A DNA stretch of 32,000 bases from Candidatus Hadarchaeales archaeon (GCA_038823825.1 JAWBCC010000001.1:240001-272000); one strand, 5' to 3'. Positions 9,290 through 16,340 are shown, counted from the first letter of the stretch. A program made the numbers and translations. The notes: generated by a model not told the origin, from the letters alone.

Positions 9290-9661
9290 CTTCTTCTCGG
9301 GAACGATTTTCAAGATGGGGGCTTCTCCCTCATCCCACGGATCGTCCCTCGCCCATTTGAACCTCTTGTAAAACATCTCACGGATTTTTCTGAATTCCTC
9401 TCCCCTTTCCAAAATCTCCACTTTCCCCTGTATGACGATTGCTCTGTGTGGTTTGTAGGTGTCTACAACCAAAGCTGCATAAGGGTTCTCTTTCACATTC
9501 TTGTATTTCTTTGTGTTGTAATCGGTGGCTATGTAGATAAAATTGTCATGAAAGATGTAGCAAACCGGAACAACATGTGGTCTTCCATTTTTATCGGTTG
9601 TCGCGAACCTACAGACCTCGCCCTTCTCGAGGAAATCGATTTCCTTCTTTGTGAATTTCAT
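9272..9661 (-). CDS. Pyridoxamine 5'-phosphate oxidase-family FMN/F420-binding split-barrel protein
   Basis: MKFTKKEIDFLEK...CRFATTDKNGRPHVVPV pattern. I use the ATG at 9661; the track starts at the GTG at 9679. Confidence 0.72.
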   Translation of the reverse strand: MKFTKKEIDFLEKGEVCRFATTDKNGRPHVVPVCYIFHDNFIYIATDYNTKKYKNVKENPYAALVVDTYKPHRAIVIQGKVEILERGEEFRKIREMFYKRFKWARDDPWDEGEAPILKIVPEKKLSWGL

Positions 9662-9695
9662 CAATAAAAATTTACCCACGATTCATATAAACAAA

Positions 9696-10070
9696 TCAGA
9701 ACGAAATACCTATCTCCTTGAAAAAATTTGGAATTCCCCATTTTTGCAGATGCTCAGTCATTGCGCGGTCGATAGTTGCAATATACACCTTCACACCCTC
9801 TTGGGCAAGTCTGCGGGTGCAGACAATCAGAGCAGAGTCGATTGAGTAAAAGCTGTCAAATTTTTTGATTACTTCATGCTTGTGCGGAATCATGTCTATT
9901 GTTCTCGCCGCCGCCCGCAATCCTCTGATATCGGTTTTCACGAGAAAAACATTTTTCTGCTTTAGACTTTTCTTCATCGTTTTTTCTCCAAAAATTTTTT
10001 TCTCCTCTATCTCTGCTTCGTTAAGAATAAAATCGAAAACAACCACAGATGTTTCTATCTTTGGATCCAT
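9696..10070 (-). CDS. PIN-domain-like protein (Fcf1/VapC-like fold), tentative
   Basis: 124 aa. N-terminal VVVFDF..NE and C-terminal DSALIV...VYIATIDRAM...WGIP match the spacing of PIN acidic residues. No partner antitoxin ORF is present. Confidence 0.45.
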   Translation of the reverse strand: MDPKIETSVVVFDFILNEAEIEEKKIFGEKTMKKSLKQKNVFLVKTDIRGLRAAARTIDMIPHKHEVIKKFDSFYSIDSALIVCTRRLAQEGVKVYIATIDRAMTEHLQKWGIPNFFKEIGISF

Positions 10071-10348
10071 CAGTTTATTCAGTCTCTCCGTGATGGTTGT
10101 TTTTTTTTGAAAATTGAGATGTGTTCCATCATTTGTGGTCGGAATAGCAGGAAAAGTGCGCAGGAGTCCAAAATTACAAGTGGCTTATTGGACCGCAAGG
10201 TTTCAGGAACAGGAAGTTCAGGAGACCAGTATAATCTTTTCAAGCTTCACCAGAACTATTTGATTTCTCGGTAAATTAAGAAATTTTGCCTATAACCTCC
10301 TCTCTCTACTAGACTCGTGGTTTGCCTTGGAGGTTCCCGGAAAAGAAG

Positions 10349-10510
10349 TTACCAGCCTTCCTCGTCGTAGTACCACTCCATACCCTCGTCTTCTTCTGGT
10401 ATCTCTTCCTCCGGAAACTCCTCTAGGAGCTTTTCGGCTTCCTCCTCTTCCAGGACCTCCTCCTCTTTTTTGATTTTCTTTTTCTTCTTACCGCATTTCC
10501 TTTTGGGCAT
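10349..10510 (-). CDS. 53-aa bipolar microprotein (basic N-terminus, acidic C-terminus), function unknown
   Basis: MPKRKCGKKKKKIKKEEEVLEEEEAEKLLEEFPEEEIPEEDEGMEWYYDEEGW. The ATG at 10510 sits about 30 nt downstream of a TTTTATAA box, which is leaderless geometry. The track's longer start at 10585 would run over that box. Confidence 0.4.
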   Translation of the reverse strand: MPKRKCGKKKKKIKKEEEVLEEEEAEKLLEEFPEEEIPEEDEGMEWYYDEEGW

Positions 10511-10535
10511 CGAAAAATACTCGATTCTTGCACGC

Positions 10536-10543
10536 TTATAAAA
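10536..10543 (-). promoter_or_regulatory. Putative TATA box for the leaderless microprotein mRNA
   Basis: TTTTATAA on the minus strand, preceded by purine-rich GAGAAA. Its centre is 29-30 nt from ATG 10510, and it lies just after the stop of the upstream ORF (10551). Confidence 0.35.
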
Positions 10544-10550
10544 GCATTTC

Positions 10551-10811
10551 TCACGGGTCATCCATCCAACTTCTAACACGCACAAAGTCGATCATTAAAT
10601 AAGTCGTGTCATTATCGTTTTCTTTCTGTACATATCTCAATCTTACCTCGCCTCCTTGGAGATATGGCGTGTCAGTAAGCTTGAAATAGTAATTTTCAAG
10701 GGTGCGGGCCCGCAGAATGTCTATCTCTTCCCATATACCAGACGAAAAATTATAGAGGTAGAGGGAAACATTCTCTGAATCTCCGGTTATGTGATATTCA
10801 ATTTGAAGCAT
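10551..10811 (-). CDS. Hypothetical beta-rich (jelly-roll-like) protein; possibly the 3' part of a frameshifted longer gene
   Basis: 86-aa ORF ending ...TTYLMIDFVRVRS. The same frame stays open without any start codon up to a TAA at 10977-10979. See the frameshift finding. Confidence 0.45.
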   Translation of the reverse strand: MLQIEYHITGDSENVSLYLYNFSSGIWEEIDILRARTLENYYFKLTDTPYLQGGEVRLRYVQKENDNDTTYLMIDFVRVRSWMDDP

Positions 10812-10910
10812 ATGGTTATCGGCAGTAGGAATTCCTGTGATTCTTTGCTCGACGTCAAGTCGATATGCTAGCTTTTTTTCGTCAAATTGCGAAAATTCTT
10901 CAAAAATTGC

Positions 10911-10931
10911 ATGGTGCGGCCGGCGAGCATT
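10911..10931 (-). repeat. Displaced tRNA-Gly 3'-end remnant (att-like direct repeat)
   Basis: Minus-sense AATGCTCGCCGGCCGCACCAT versus the tRNA-Gly 3' end AATCCCGCCGGCCGCATCAT. They share the exact 11-mer CGCCGGCCGCA in the same orientation. The remnant carries CCA. Confidence 0.5.
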
Positions 10932-10933
10932 GG

Positions 10934-10949
10934 ATACTTTCGAAAGTAT
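10934..10949. repeat. Perfect 16-nt palindrome ATACTTTCGAAAGTAT
   Basis: Read directly from the sequence. It lies 3 nt upstream (minus sense) of ATG 10930 and abuts the tRNA remnant. Function unknown. Confidence 0.9.
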
Positions 10950-11106
10950 TGGAAAAAAGGGAAGCGAAGATGAAGATTAATTAGCCTCTTGGATGCTCCT
11001 GCTTTACCTATTCTTTTCAACGTTTGAGAATAAAAACGGGGCAGGTTCAGCTTGCAGAAAACTCTTGGCTGAAGTTTGGATACGATCCCCAGAATAATAG
11101 ATTAGA

Positions 11107-11115
11107 TTAATATAT
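11107..11115 (+). promoter_or_regulatory. Putative TATA box of the amidotransferase gene
   Basis: TTAATATAT centred about 36 nt upstream of ATG 11147. Confidence 0.3.
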
Positions 11116-11146
11116 CCACAACCAAAGTTTTCACTCGGAAAGTAAA

Positions 11147-11953
11147 ATGTGTGAACTGTTGGGGATGATATTCAATCAGCCAGTCAGGCCCAATTTATCA
11201 TTTAGAGGGTTCCGGCTTAGGGGGGAGAAAAATCGAGACGGTTGGGGAATTGCCTATTATCCGGATGAGTCAGTCCAGGTAATCAAAGAACCAATACGGG
11301 CAGGCGAAAGTTTATTGTCCGAATTTATAAAAGACTACCCGGAAATAAGGTCCAAAATAATAATTGCCCACGTGAGGTGTACAAGCGGCTCACCTGTGAC
11401 CCACAAAAACACGCATCCCTTCCAGAGGGAATTGGGGGGTAAAGAATTCGTTTTCGCCCATAATGGAACACTTCATAACTACCGGGCGCTGAAAATCGGA
11501 AGATTCAGACCGGTGGGGGAGACCGATTCGGAGCACGCATTTTGCCATATTCTTGCTTCATTAGAGAGCGAAATTGAAGAGGGGAGCCTCGACATCAACA
11601 ATTGGTCCAAGGGAAATTTCAGATGGTTGCATGACAAACTTAGAGAAATCAACAGTTACGGGGATTTCAACTGTCTAATGTCTGATGGAGAATATCTCTT
11701 TTGCTATCATGATATGAGTGGATACAGCGGGCTCTGTTTCGTCCGACGCAAGGCCCCTTTCTGTACGGTTCGTCTGCGAGATGAGGATTTTGAAGTAAAT
11801 CTTGATGCAGAAAAAGACCCATCTCAGAGGGGGTTTATCATAGCGTCGAGAGAGCTGACCTACGAGCGATGGAAGAAATTTGAGCGTGGAGAGCTAATCG
11901 TCTTTAGGAACGGTGATATGGTCTTTTCAAGCGCTAGTCGTGGCATGAGCTAA
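11147..11953 (+). CDS. Class II (Ntn-type) glutamine amidotransferase domain protein (YafJ/COG0121-like)
   Basis: 268 aa. MCELLG N-terminus with the nucleophile Cys2, then DGWGIAYY and HVRCTSG...N.HPF motifs. No SIS or synthase domain is attached. Confidence 0.85.
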   Translation: MCELLGMIFNQPVRPNLSFRGFRLRGEKNRDGWGIAYYPDESVQVIKEPIRAGESLLSEFIKDYPEIRSKIIIAHVRCTSGSPVTHKNTHPFQRELGGKEFVFAHNGTLHNYRALKIGRFRPVGETDSEHAFCHILASLESEIEEGSLDINNWSKGNFRWLHDKLREINSYGDFNCLMSDGEYLFCYHDMSGYSGLCFVRRKAPFCTVRLRDEDFEVNLDAEKDPSQRGFIIASRELTYERWKKFERGELIVFRNGDMVFSSASRGMS

Positions 11954-12445
11954 ACGCCATTAAAAACGAATCAAAGCTTGGTTATCCCGTCGGAACCCAA
12001 GTGTGTTAGTTCCCTTTCATCCTGAGGTCTTCTCCATCCTTCCTGCAGCCTCTGTGACTTTTCCATTTTAAAAGTATGTTTTGATCACTTCCATCAATGG
12101 ATACTAAATCTCAGAGAATACGATCTCAATGCTGAGATAGCCATTGGGGGGAAAGCTGATGGTTAGCTAATTTCATTTTTGTTTCCAAAACTTAAAGAGC
12201 TGATTGATAGATGGGAAAAAAGGTCAAATTGAATTAGTTTATAATTTTGAAGCTCTAACACTTTGCAATACTGTTAAGGATGTTGTCTTAAGGAGCAACC
12301 TTTATCCAAATTTGAATCTTACCGCCACCGTGACAAACTTCAAATTCCGAACAGAAATCCTTGTAACCCAAATGATTAGGTTGGAGAAGGGTTAAGGCAA
12401 TCCTGGAGGGTTTGGAAATGAACCCACTAAGTTGAAATTGAATGA

Positions 12446-12520
12446 TGCGGCCGGCGGGATTCGAACCCGCGTCACGGGCCCGGGGAGCCCGGGTCTTAGA
12501 CCAGGCTAGACCACGGCCGC
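12446..12520 (-). tRNA. tRNA-Gly (anticodon CCC), no encoded CCA
   Basis: 75-nt cloverleaf: acceptor GCGGCCG/CGGCCGC, D arm GTCT-AGCCTGGTCTA-AGAC, anticodon arm CGGGC-TCCCCGG-GCCCG, T arm GCGGG-TTCGAAT-CCCGC, discriminator A. C2:G71 and G3:C70 fit Gly identity. Confidence 0.8.
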
Positions 12521-12544
12521 CAAATTTCAATCATCCTCGATAAT

Positions 12545-13303
12545 CTAAAGTCTTTCGCGCGCAACCTCTGCAAGTTCAGTCTTCGTTAGCAGGCCTACTA
12601 GCTCCTCAGCCGGATTCACGACCGGCAATCCAGAAATTCTCTCCGCCAACATCAGCCTAGCAGCTTCCGCCAGAGTCCAGTCTGTTCTAGCCACCTTCGG
12701 CGGACTCATCACCTCACCAGCAGTCATTGTTCTCACCCTATCAGCTTCTATTTGGACGGTTTTCTCTACGATATCTATCAGAACGATATTTCCGACTAGA
12801 TTCTCCCTCTCCATCACCGGAAGTACCACCAAATCTTCTTCCACCATGGTCTTCCTGCATTGGGGGAGTTTTTCCGCCAATCCGACTGTTCTGGGTCCAG
12901 ACTGCATAACTTCTCCGACAAAAACGTCATCAAAATCGAGGCAAACTTTCGCAAAGTCCAGTTTTGTTATTATTCCGATTCCCTTAGATCCCTCGACAAC
13001 TGGCAGACATCCGATGTTTCTCTCCAACATTATCTCCGCAGCTCTCTTCGCCGTAACGTTAGGGTCAACTGTTATGGGATTTTTAGTCATGATATCTCCA
13101 ACTTGGATCGGTCCCAGAGTACCTTTTCGCGGGATTTCGATTCTCGCGATGTCTTTTTCCGTCAGCACACCCACGAGTTTTTCTCCCTCCACAACAACAA
13201 GTCTGGATATTTTTCTCTCTTTCATGATTCTGACAGCCTCCCCAAGAGAAACACGAGGGTCGATCGTCAGAAGCGGAGAACTCATGATGTCTTTAACTCT
13301 CAT
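12545..13303 (-). CDS. CBS-domain protein (four CBS motifs)
   Basis: 252 aa with four repeats of the (D/E)IM...P.T....(V/L)VG(I/V)(I/L)T..D pattern. GGAGGA lies 6 nt upstream of the ATG. Confidence 0.85.
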   Translation of the reverse strand: MRVKDIMSSPLLTIDPRVSLGEAVRIMKERKISRLVVVEGEKLVGVLTEKDIARIEIPRKGTLGPIQVGDIMTKNPITVDPNVTAKRAAEIMLERNIGCLPVVEGSKGIGIITKLDFAKVCLDFDDVFVGEVMQSGPRTVGLAEKLPQCRKTMVEEDLVVLPVMERENLVGNIVLIDIVEKTVQIEADRVRTMTAGEVMSPPKVARTDWTLAEAARLMLAERISGLPVVNPAEELVGLLTKTELAEVARERL

Positions 13304-13332
13304 TTCTCATCCTCCGAGGAGAAGACAAAAAT

Positions 13333-14148
13333 TCACACCATCAGCCTGAGTATGTCTCTTTCCGTTATTATCCCAACCAACATGTCGTCACTCACGACTG
13401 GCAAACCTCCGCATCCTTTTTCCCTCATCAAAGTTGCAGCCTCTCCTATGTCTGCCTCAGGAGAAATCTTCAAGACATTTCTAGTCATTATTTCCTCAAC
13501 GGGCACCGAGACCACGTCGTCAATTTTCTGACTCATGAGGTATTCGAAAACCTTCCCAGTTCCAAAATATCTCAATATATCCATACTTGTGATGATTCCC
13601 ACAAGCTTTCCGTTTTCCACCACTGGAAGCCGCCTCACATTCCAGTCGATTATTCTCTTCATTACTTCTAAAATCGGATGTGAAGGCTCAACCGTCACAA
13701 CCCTTCTCGTCATATAATACCCAACATTATATCCTGTCCTCTCAGGCAAAAACTTCACAAAATCTCTGTCTGTAACAACCCCAGCTATTTCATTCTTCTC
13801 GTCGGTCAGAATTAGTCCTCCATGTCCACTGCTCAGCAAAAGCCCAGCTGCCTCAGGAATTTTGATGTACATGCTTGCTTTGGGAAAATCTTTCTCCATG
13901 ATCACTCTGACCGGCTCGTTTATCGCCGAGTAAAAGCTCCCTGCAAACTTTTTCTGCACGATTTCATGCTTCTTACCACCACCGAGAAAGCTTATGACGT
14001 CTCTAGATCTCACGATTCCCTCGATTTTCTTAGTGCCAGTCTGCACGATCGGAACTCTTCTTATTTTATTCTTGACCATCAGGCTAACTATCTTCAAAAT
14101 AGGGGTCGTAGATGTAGCAGTAACAACATCTCTATTTGCGATTTTCAT
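13333..14148 (-). CDS. CBS-domain protein (four CBS motifs)
   Basis: Four CBS motifs. I use the ATG at 14148, preceded by GAAGGAG; the track's TTG at 14232 adds 28 non-CBS residues. Confidence 0.8.
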   Translation of the reverse strand: MKIANRDVVTATSTTPILKIVSLMVKNKIRRVPIVQTGTKKIEGIVRSRDVISFLGGGKKHEIVQKKFAGSFYSAINEPVRVIMEKDFPKASMYIKIPEAAGLLLSSGHGGLILTDEKNEIAGVVTDRDFVKFLPERTGYNVGYYMTRRVVTVEPSHPILEVMKRIIDWNVRRLPVVENGKLVGIITSMDILRYFGTGKVFEYLMSQKIDDVVSVPVEEIMTRNVLKISPEADIGEAATLMREKGCGGLPVVSDDMLVGIITERDILRLMV

Positions 14149-14236
14149 CACTTCTCCTTCCTCTCTGTGAAGTCTCGATTTAAACTCCAGAGGCCCCCTG
14201 TCTCCATACCCATACGATGGAATTCTTCTCAATCGA

Positions 14237-15043
14237 TCACCTGCATATCATCTTCAGTATGTCTTCTCTGCTCACTATCCCGACCAGTTCTCCATTTTTC
14301 ACAACTGGTAGCCTTTTAATCTTTCTCTCGAGCATGAGTCTCATCGCTTGTACCACCTCGGAATCCTGCTCAATCGTAACAGCAGGCGATTTCATAACAC
14401 TTCTGACCTTGGTTTTTCTTTCTTTTCTGGATTCTTCCGATAACCTCGCACTACCTTCTCTTATGATGTCGCTTCTAGTTATCATGCCAATAACAATTTT
14501 CTTCCCCCCTCTCACCTCAACAACAGGCACTCCCGAGAAGTGAGATTTTTCCATTATTTCCCAGATTTTTACGATTTCATCCTCCGGGCTGCACACGACA
14601 GGATCTCTTGTCATGATGTCCTCCACCTTGACTTTTAGACTAGAGAGCTCAACCAATCTCTGCATAATATCCTCGGCCCTGATCATCCCGACAATGGTTC
14701 TGTTTGTTTGATCCATCACAACCGGCAACCCGTCAAGCCCAAAATCGATTAGGGCTTTGACTACCCTTTTCAACTCAGTGGCCGGTGTGATCAAAACCGG
14801 CACGATTGACATAATTCCGCTTACAGGTATGTTCGATCTCGTCGAACTTACTCGGAGGATTTCACGCTGAGTGATAATCCCTTCCAGCATACCACCATCG
14901 ACTACTGGCAAGATTCTCCATCCGGTTTCGCGCATTATAGCTCTGGCTTTAGTAACGAGATCTCTCGATCCTACACTGGGAAAAGTTTTAACCATAACTT
15001 CTCTTGCCGTGAGGCCACCAAGTGAGACCCCAGGACTCCTCAA
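14237..15043 (-). CDS. CBS-domain protein (four CBS motifs)
   Basis: 268 aa with four CBS motifs. Only the TTG at 15043 keeps the first CBS strand (LTAREVM) intact. The alternative ATG is at 14995. Confidence 0.78.
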   Translation of the reverse strand: MRSPGVSLGGLTAREVMVKTFPSVGSRDLVTKARAIMRETGWRILPVVDGGMLEGIITQREILRVSSTRSNIPVSGIMSIVPVLITPATELKRVVKALIDFGLDGLPVVMDQTNRTIVGMIRAEDIMQRLVELSSLKVKVEDIMTRDPVVCSPEDEIVKIWEIMEKSHFSGVPVVEVRGGKKIVIGMITRSDIIREGSARLSEESRKERKTKVRSVMKSPAVTIEQDSEVVQAMRLMLERKIKRLPVVKNGELVGIVSREDILKMICR

Positions 15044-15048
15044 ACAAT

Positions 15049-15579
15049 CTACCTTTCTATCTCATCTCTACAGCTTTCACACACCCACATTCCATTGACT
15101 TCGTAAAGGTGAGTAGTAAACTCTCCGCAGATCTCGCAGACACTACCCTCTATTCTCTCACCCGTTGCCATTGGCTGCGTCATGTTTGCCTCCAAGAGCT
15201 CCGGGGAAATTCTCATTATATCCCTCGTTGTTATTATGCCGACCAGCTTTCCACCATCAACCACTGGAAGCCTTCTTATGTGATTTTTAGCCATAACTCT
15301 GACAGCATCAAGCACATCAGTCTCTGGTGTTACAGTAATCACAGGCTTAGACATTATCTTTTTCACTAGAACCTTGCTGGGTCTGAGATCTGTGCTTATC
15401 ACCTTCATCAACAAATCTCTCTCGGTGACTATCCCAATCGGTTTTCCTTTCTGTACGACAACGATGCTGCCAACGCTTCTGCTCGCCATCATCTTCGCAG
15501 CTTTCATCACAGAGCTCTCTGGTCCTATAGTAAGAACGTCTTTCGTCATTATTTCTCCGACGAGCACTCTATTCCTCAT
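15049..15579 (-). CDS. CBS-pair protein with C-terminal zinc ribbon
   Basis: Two CBS motifs followed by CEICGEF...VCESCRDE (CxxC...CxxC). I use the ATG at 15579; the track start at 15678 would overlap the divergent rpiA and the shared TATA. Confidence 0.8.
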   Translation of the reverse strand: MRNRVLVGEIMTKDVLTIGPESSVMKAAKMMASRSVGSIVVVQKGKPIGIVTERDLLMKVISTDLRPSKVLVKKIMSKPVITVTPETDVLDAVRVMAKNHIRRLPVVDGGKLVGIITTRDIMRISPELLEANMTQPMATGERIEGSVCEICGEFTTHLYEVNGMWVCESCRDEIER

Positions 15580-15608
15580 TGCTCTCAATTTTCTATTTGC
15601 GCAACGAG

Positions 15609-15622
15609 TTATTATAAATAAC
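15609..15622. promoter_or_regulatory. Putative shared bidirectional TATA element (CBS operon / rpiA)
   Basis: TTATTATAAATAAC lies in the 68-nt divergent spacer. It reads TTATAAATA toward rpiA (ATG 15648, about 32 nt) and TTTATAATAA toward the CBS gene (ATG 15579, about 36 nt). Confidence 0.35.
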
Positions 15623-15647
15623 TTTCTAATCGATTGTTGATGGTCAG

Positions 15648-16340
15648 ATGTGGGAAGAGTGGAAAAAGTTTGCTGCAACGGCCGCGGTTGAGTTGGTTGA
15701 ACCCGGCATGACGGTCGGTCTCGGTTCTGGAACTACAATGGCTGAAGTTGTTAAAGCTCTTGCCAGGAAGAAAATAAAAGCGAAGTATGTTCCTTCTTCA
15801 GAGCAAATAGCGAAGTTGGCTTCAAGACTCGGTCTGAAGCTCTACGAACTCGGCGGAGAGCTCGACTTAACGATAGACGGCGCGGATGAAATAGATACTT
15901 CCTTCAACATGATTAAAGGCAAGGGTGGTGCGCTGACTCGGGAAAAAATACTGGCTAAAGCCGCAAAAAAAGTCGTAATCGTAGTCGACAGAACGAAACT
16001 CGTGAAGAAACTCGGAAAGAAAAACCCAATCCCAGTCGAAGTCATTCCGTTCTCCCTGCGGTTTACATCCGAAGAAATAAAGAGACTCGGCGGAAAGCCA
16101 GAACTCAGACTCTCTGGTGAAAAACCGTTTGTTACGGACAACGGGAATTATATCCTCGACGTTCGATTTAAAAAAATAACAAATCCGAAAAGCTTGGAGA
16201 AAAAGTTGAATGAAATTCCTGGCGTTGTCGAGAACGGAATTTTTACCGATCTAGCAGATATTGTCATCGTAGGTCACGAAGGCGGCTACGACGTTATCAA
16301 AAGCAAAAGAGAATTCCTCGGATTCTTCAGCAAACTTTAA
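15648..16340 (+). CDS. rpiA: Ribose-5-phosphate isomerase A
   Basis: 230 aa with GLGSGTT, DGADE and KGKGGALTREK motifs. Confidence 0.92.
   Translation: MWEEWKKFAATAAVELVEPGMTVGLGSGTTMAEVVKALARKKIKAKYVPSSEQIAKLASRLGLKLYELGGELDLTIDGADEIDTSFNMIKGKGGALTREKILAKAAKKVVIVVDRTKLVKKLGKKNPIPVEVIPFSLRFTSEEIKRLGGKPELRLSGEKPFVTDNGNYILDVRFKKITNPKSLEKKLNEIPGVVENGIFTDLADIVIVGHEGGYDVIKSKREFLGFFSKL

Larger units (their letters stand above)
10926..12445. mobile_element. Putative decayed integrated element inserted at the tRNA-Gly 3' end
   Basis: Bounded by the tRNA 3' end and its displaced copy. It looks AT-richer, has low coding density with one intact gene plus ORF debris, and no integrase is recognisable. 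Confidence 0.3.

Noticed and set aside
10071-10135. Possible C/D box sRNA on the minus strand (AUGAUGG ... CUGA, 43 nt apart)
   Set aside because: No D' or C' boxes occur at the expected internal positions, the box C has a non-consensus last base, and the CUGA falls in the SD region of the PIN-like gene.
10148-10223. Five CAGGA pentamers within 76 nt
   Set aside because: The motif is short and purine-rich with irregular spacing (13, 43, 6 and 9 nt) and has no partner structure. It is likely compositional.
10119-10274. 51-aa plus-strand ORF MCSIICGRNSRKS... resembling an Ntn-amidotransferase N-terminus
   Set aside because: Only the first two residues fit. The rest is low-complexity S/G/K/Q sequence and no promoter signal is seen.
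12204-12395. 63-aa plus-strand ORF (TTG start)
   Set aside because: It has no SD or TATA, no recognisable family, and sits in gene-debris-like sequence. It may be a fragment of an eroded surface-protein gene but is not supportable as a gene.
11954-12445. AT-rich 490-nt gene-poor stretch considered as a replication origin
   Set aside because: I found no repeated ORB-like elements and no cdc6/orc1 gene nearby. Only weak short repeats (AAATTGAAT twice) and 7-8 bp inverted repeats are present.
12288-12530. 80-aa minus-strand ORF
   Set aside because: It runs straight through the tRNA-Gly gene, and its arginine/glycine-rich product reflects the tRNA stems.
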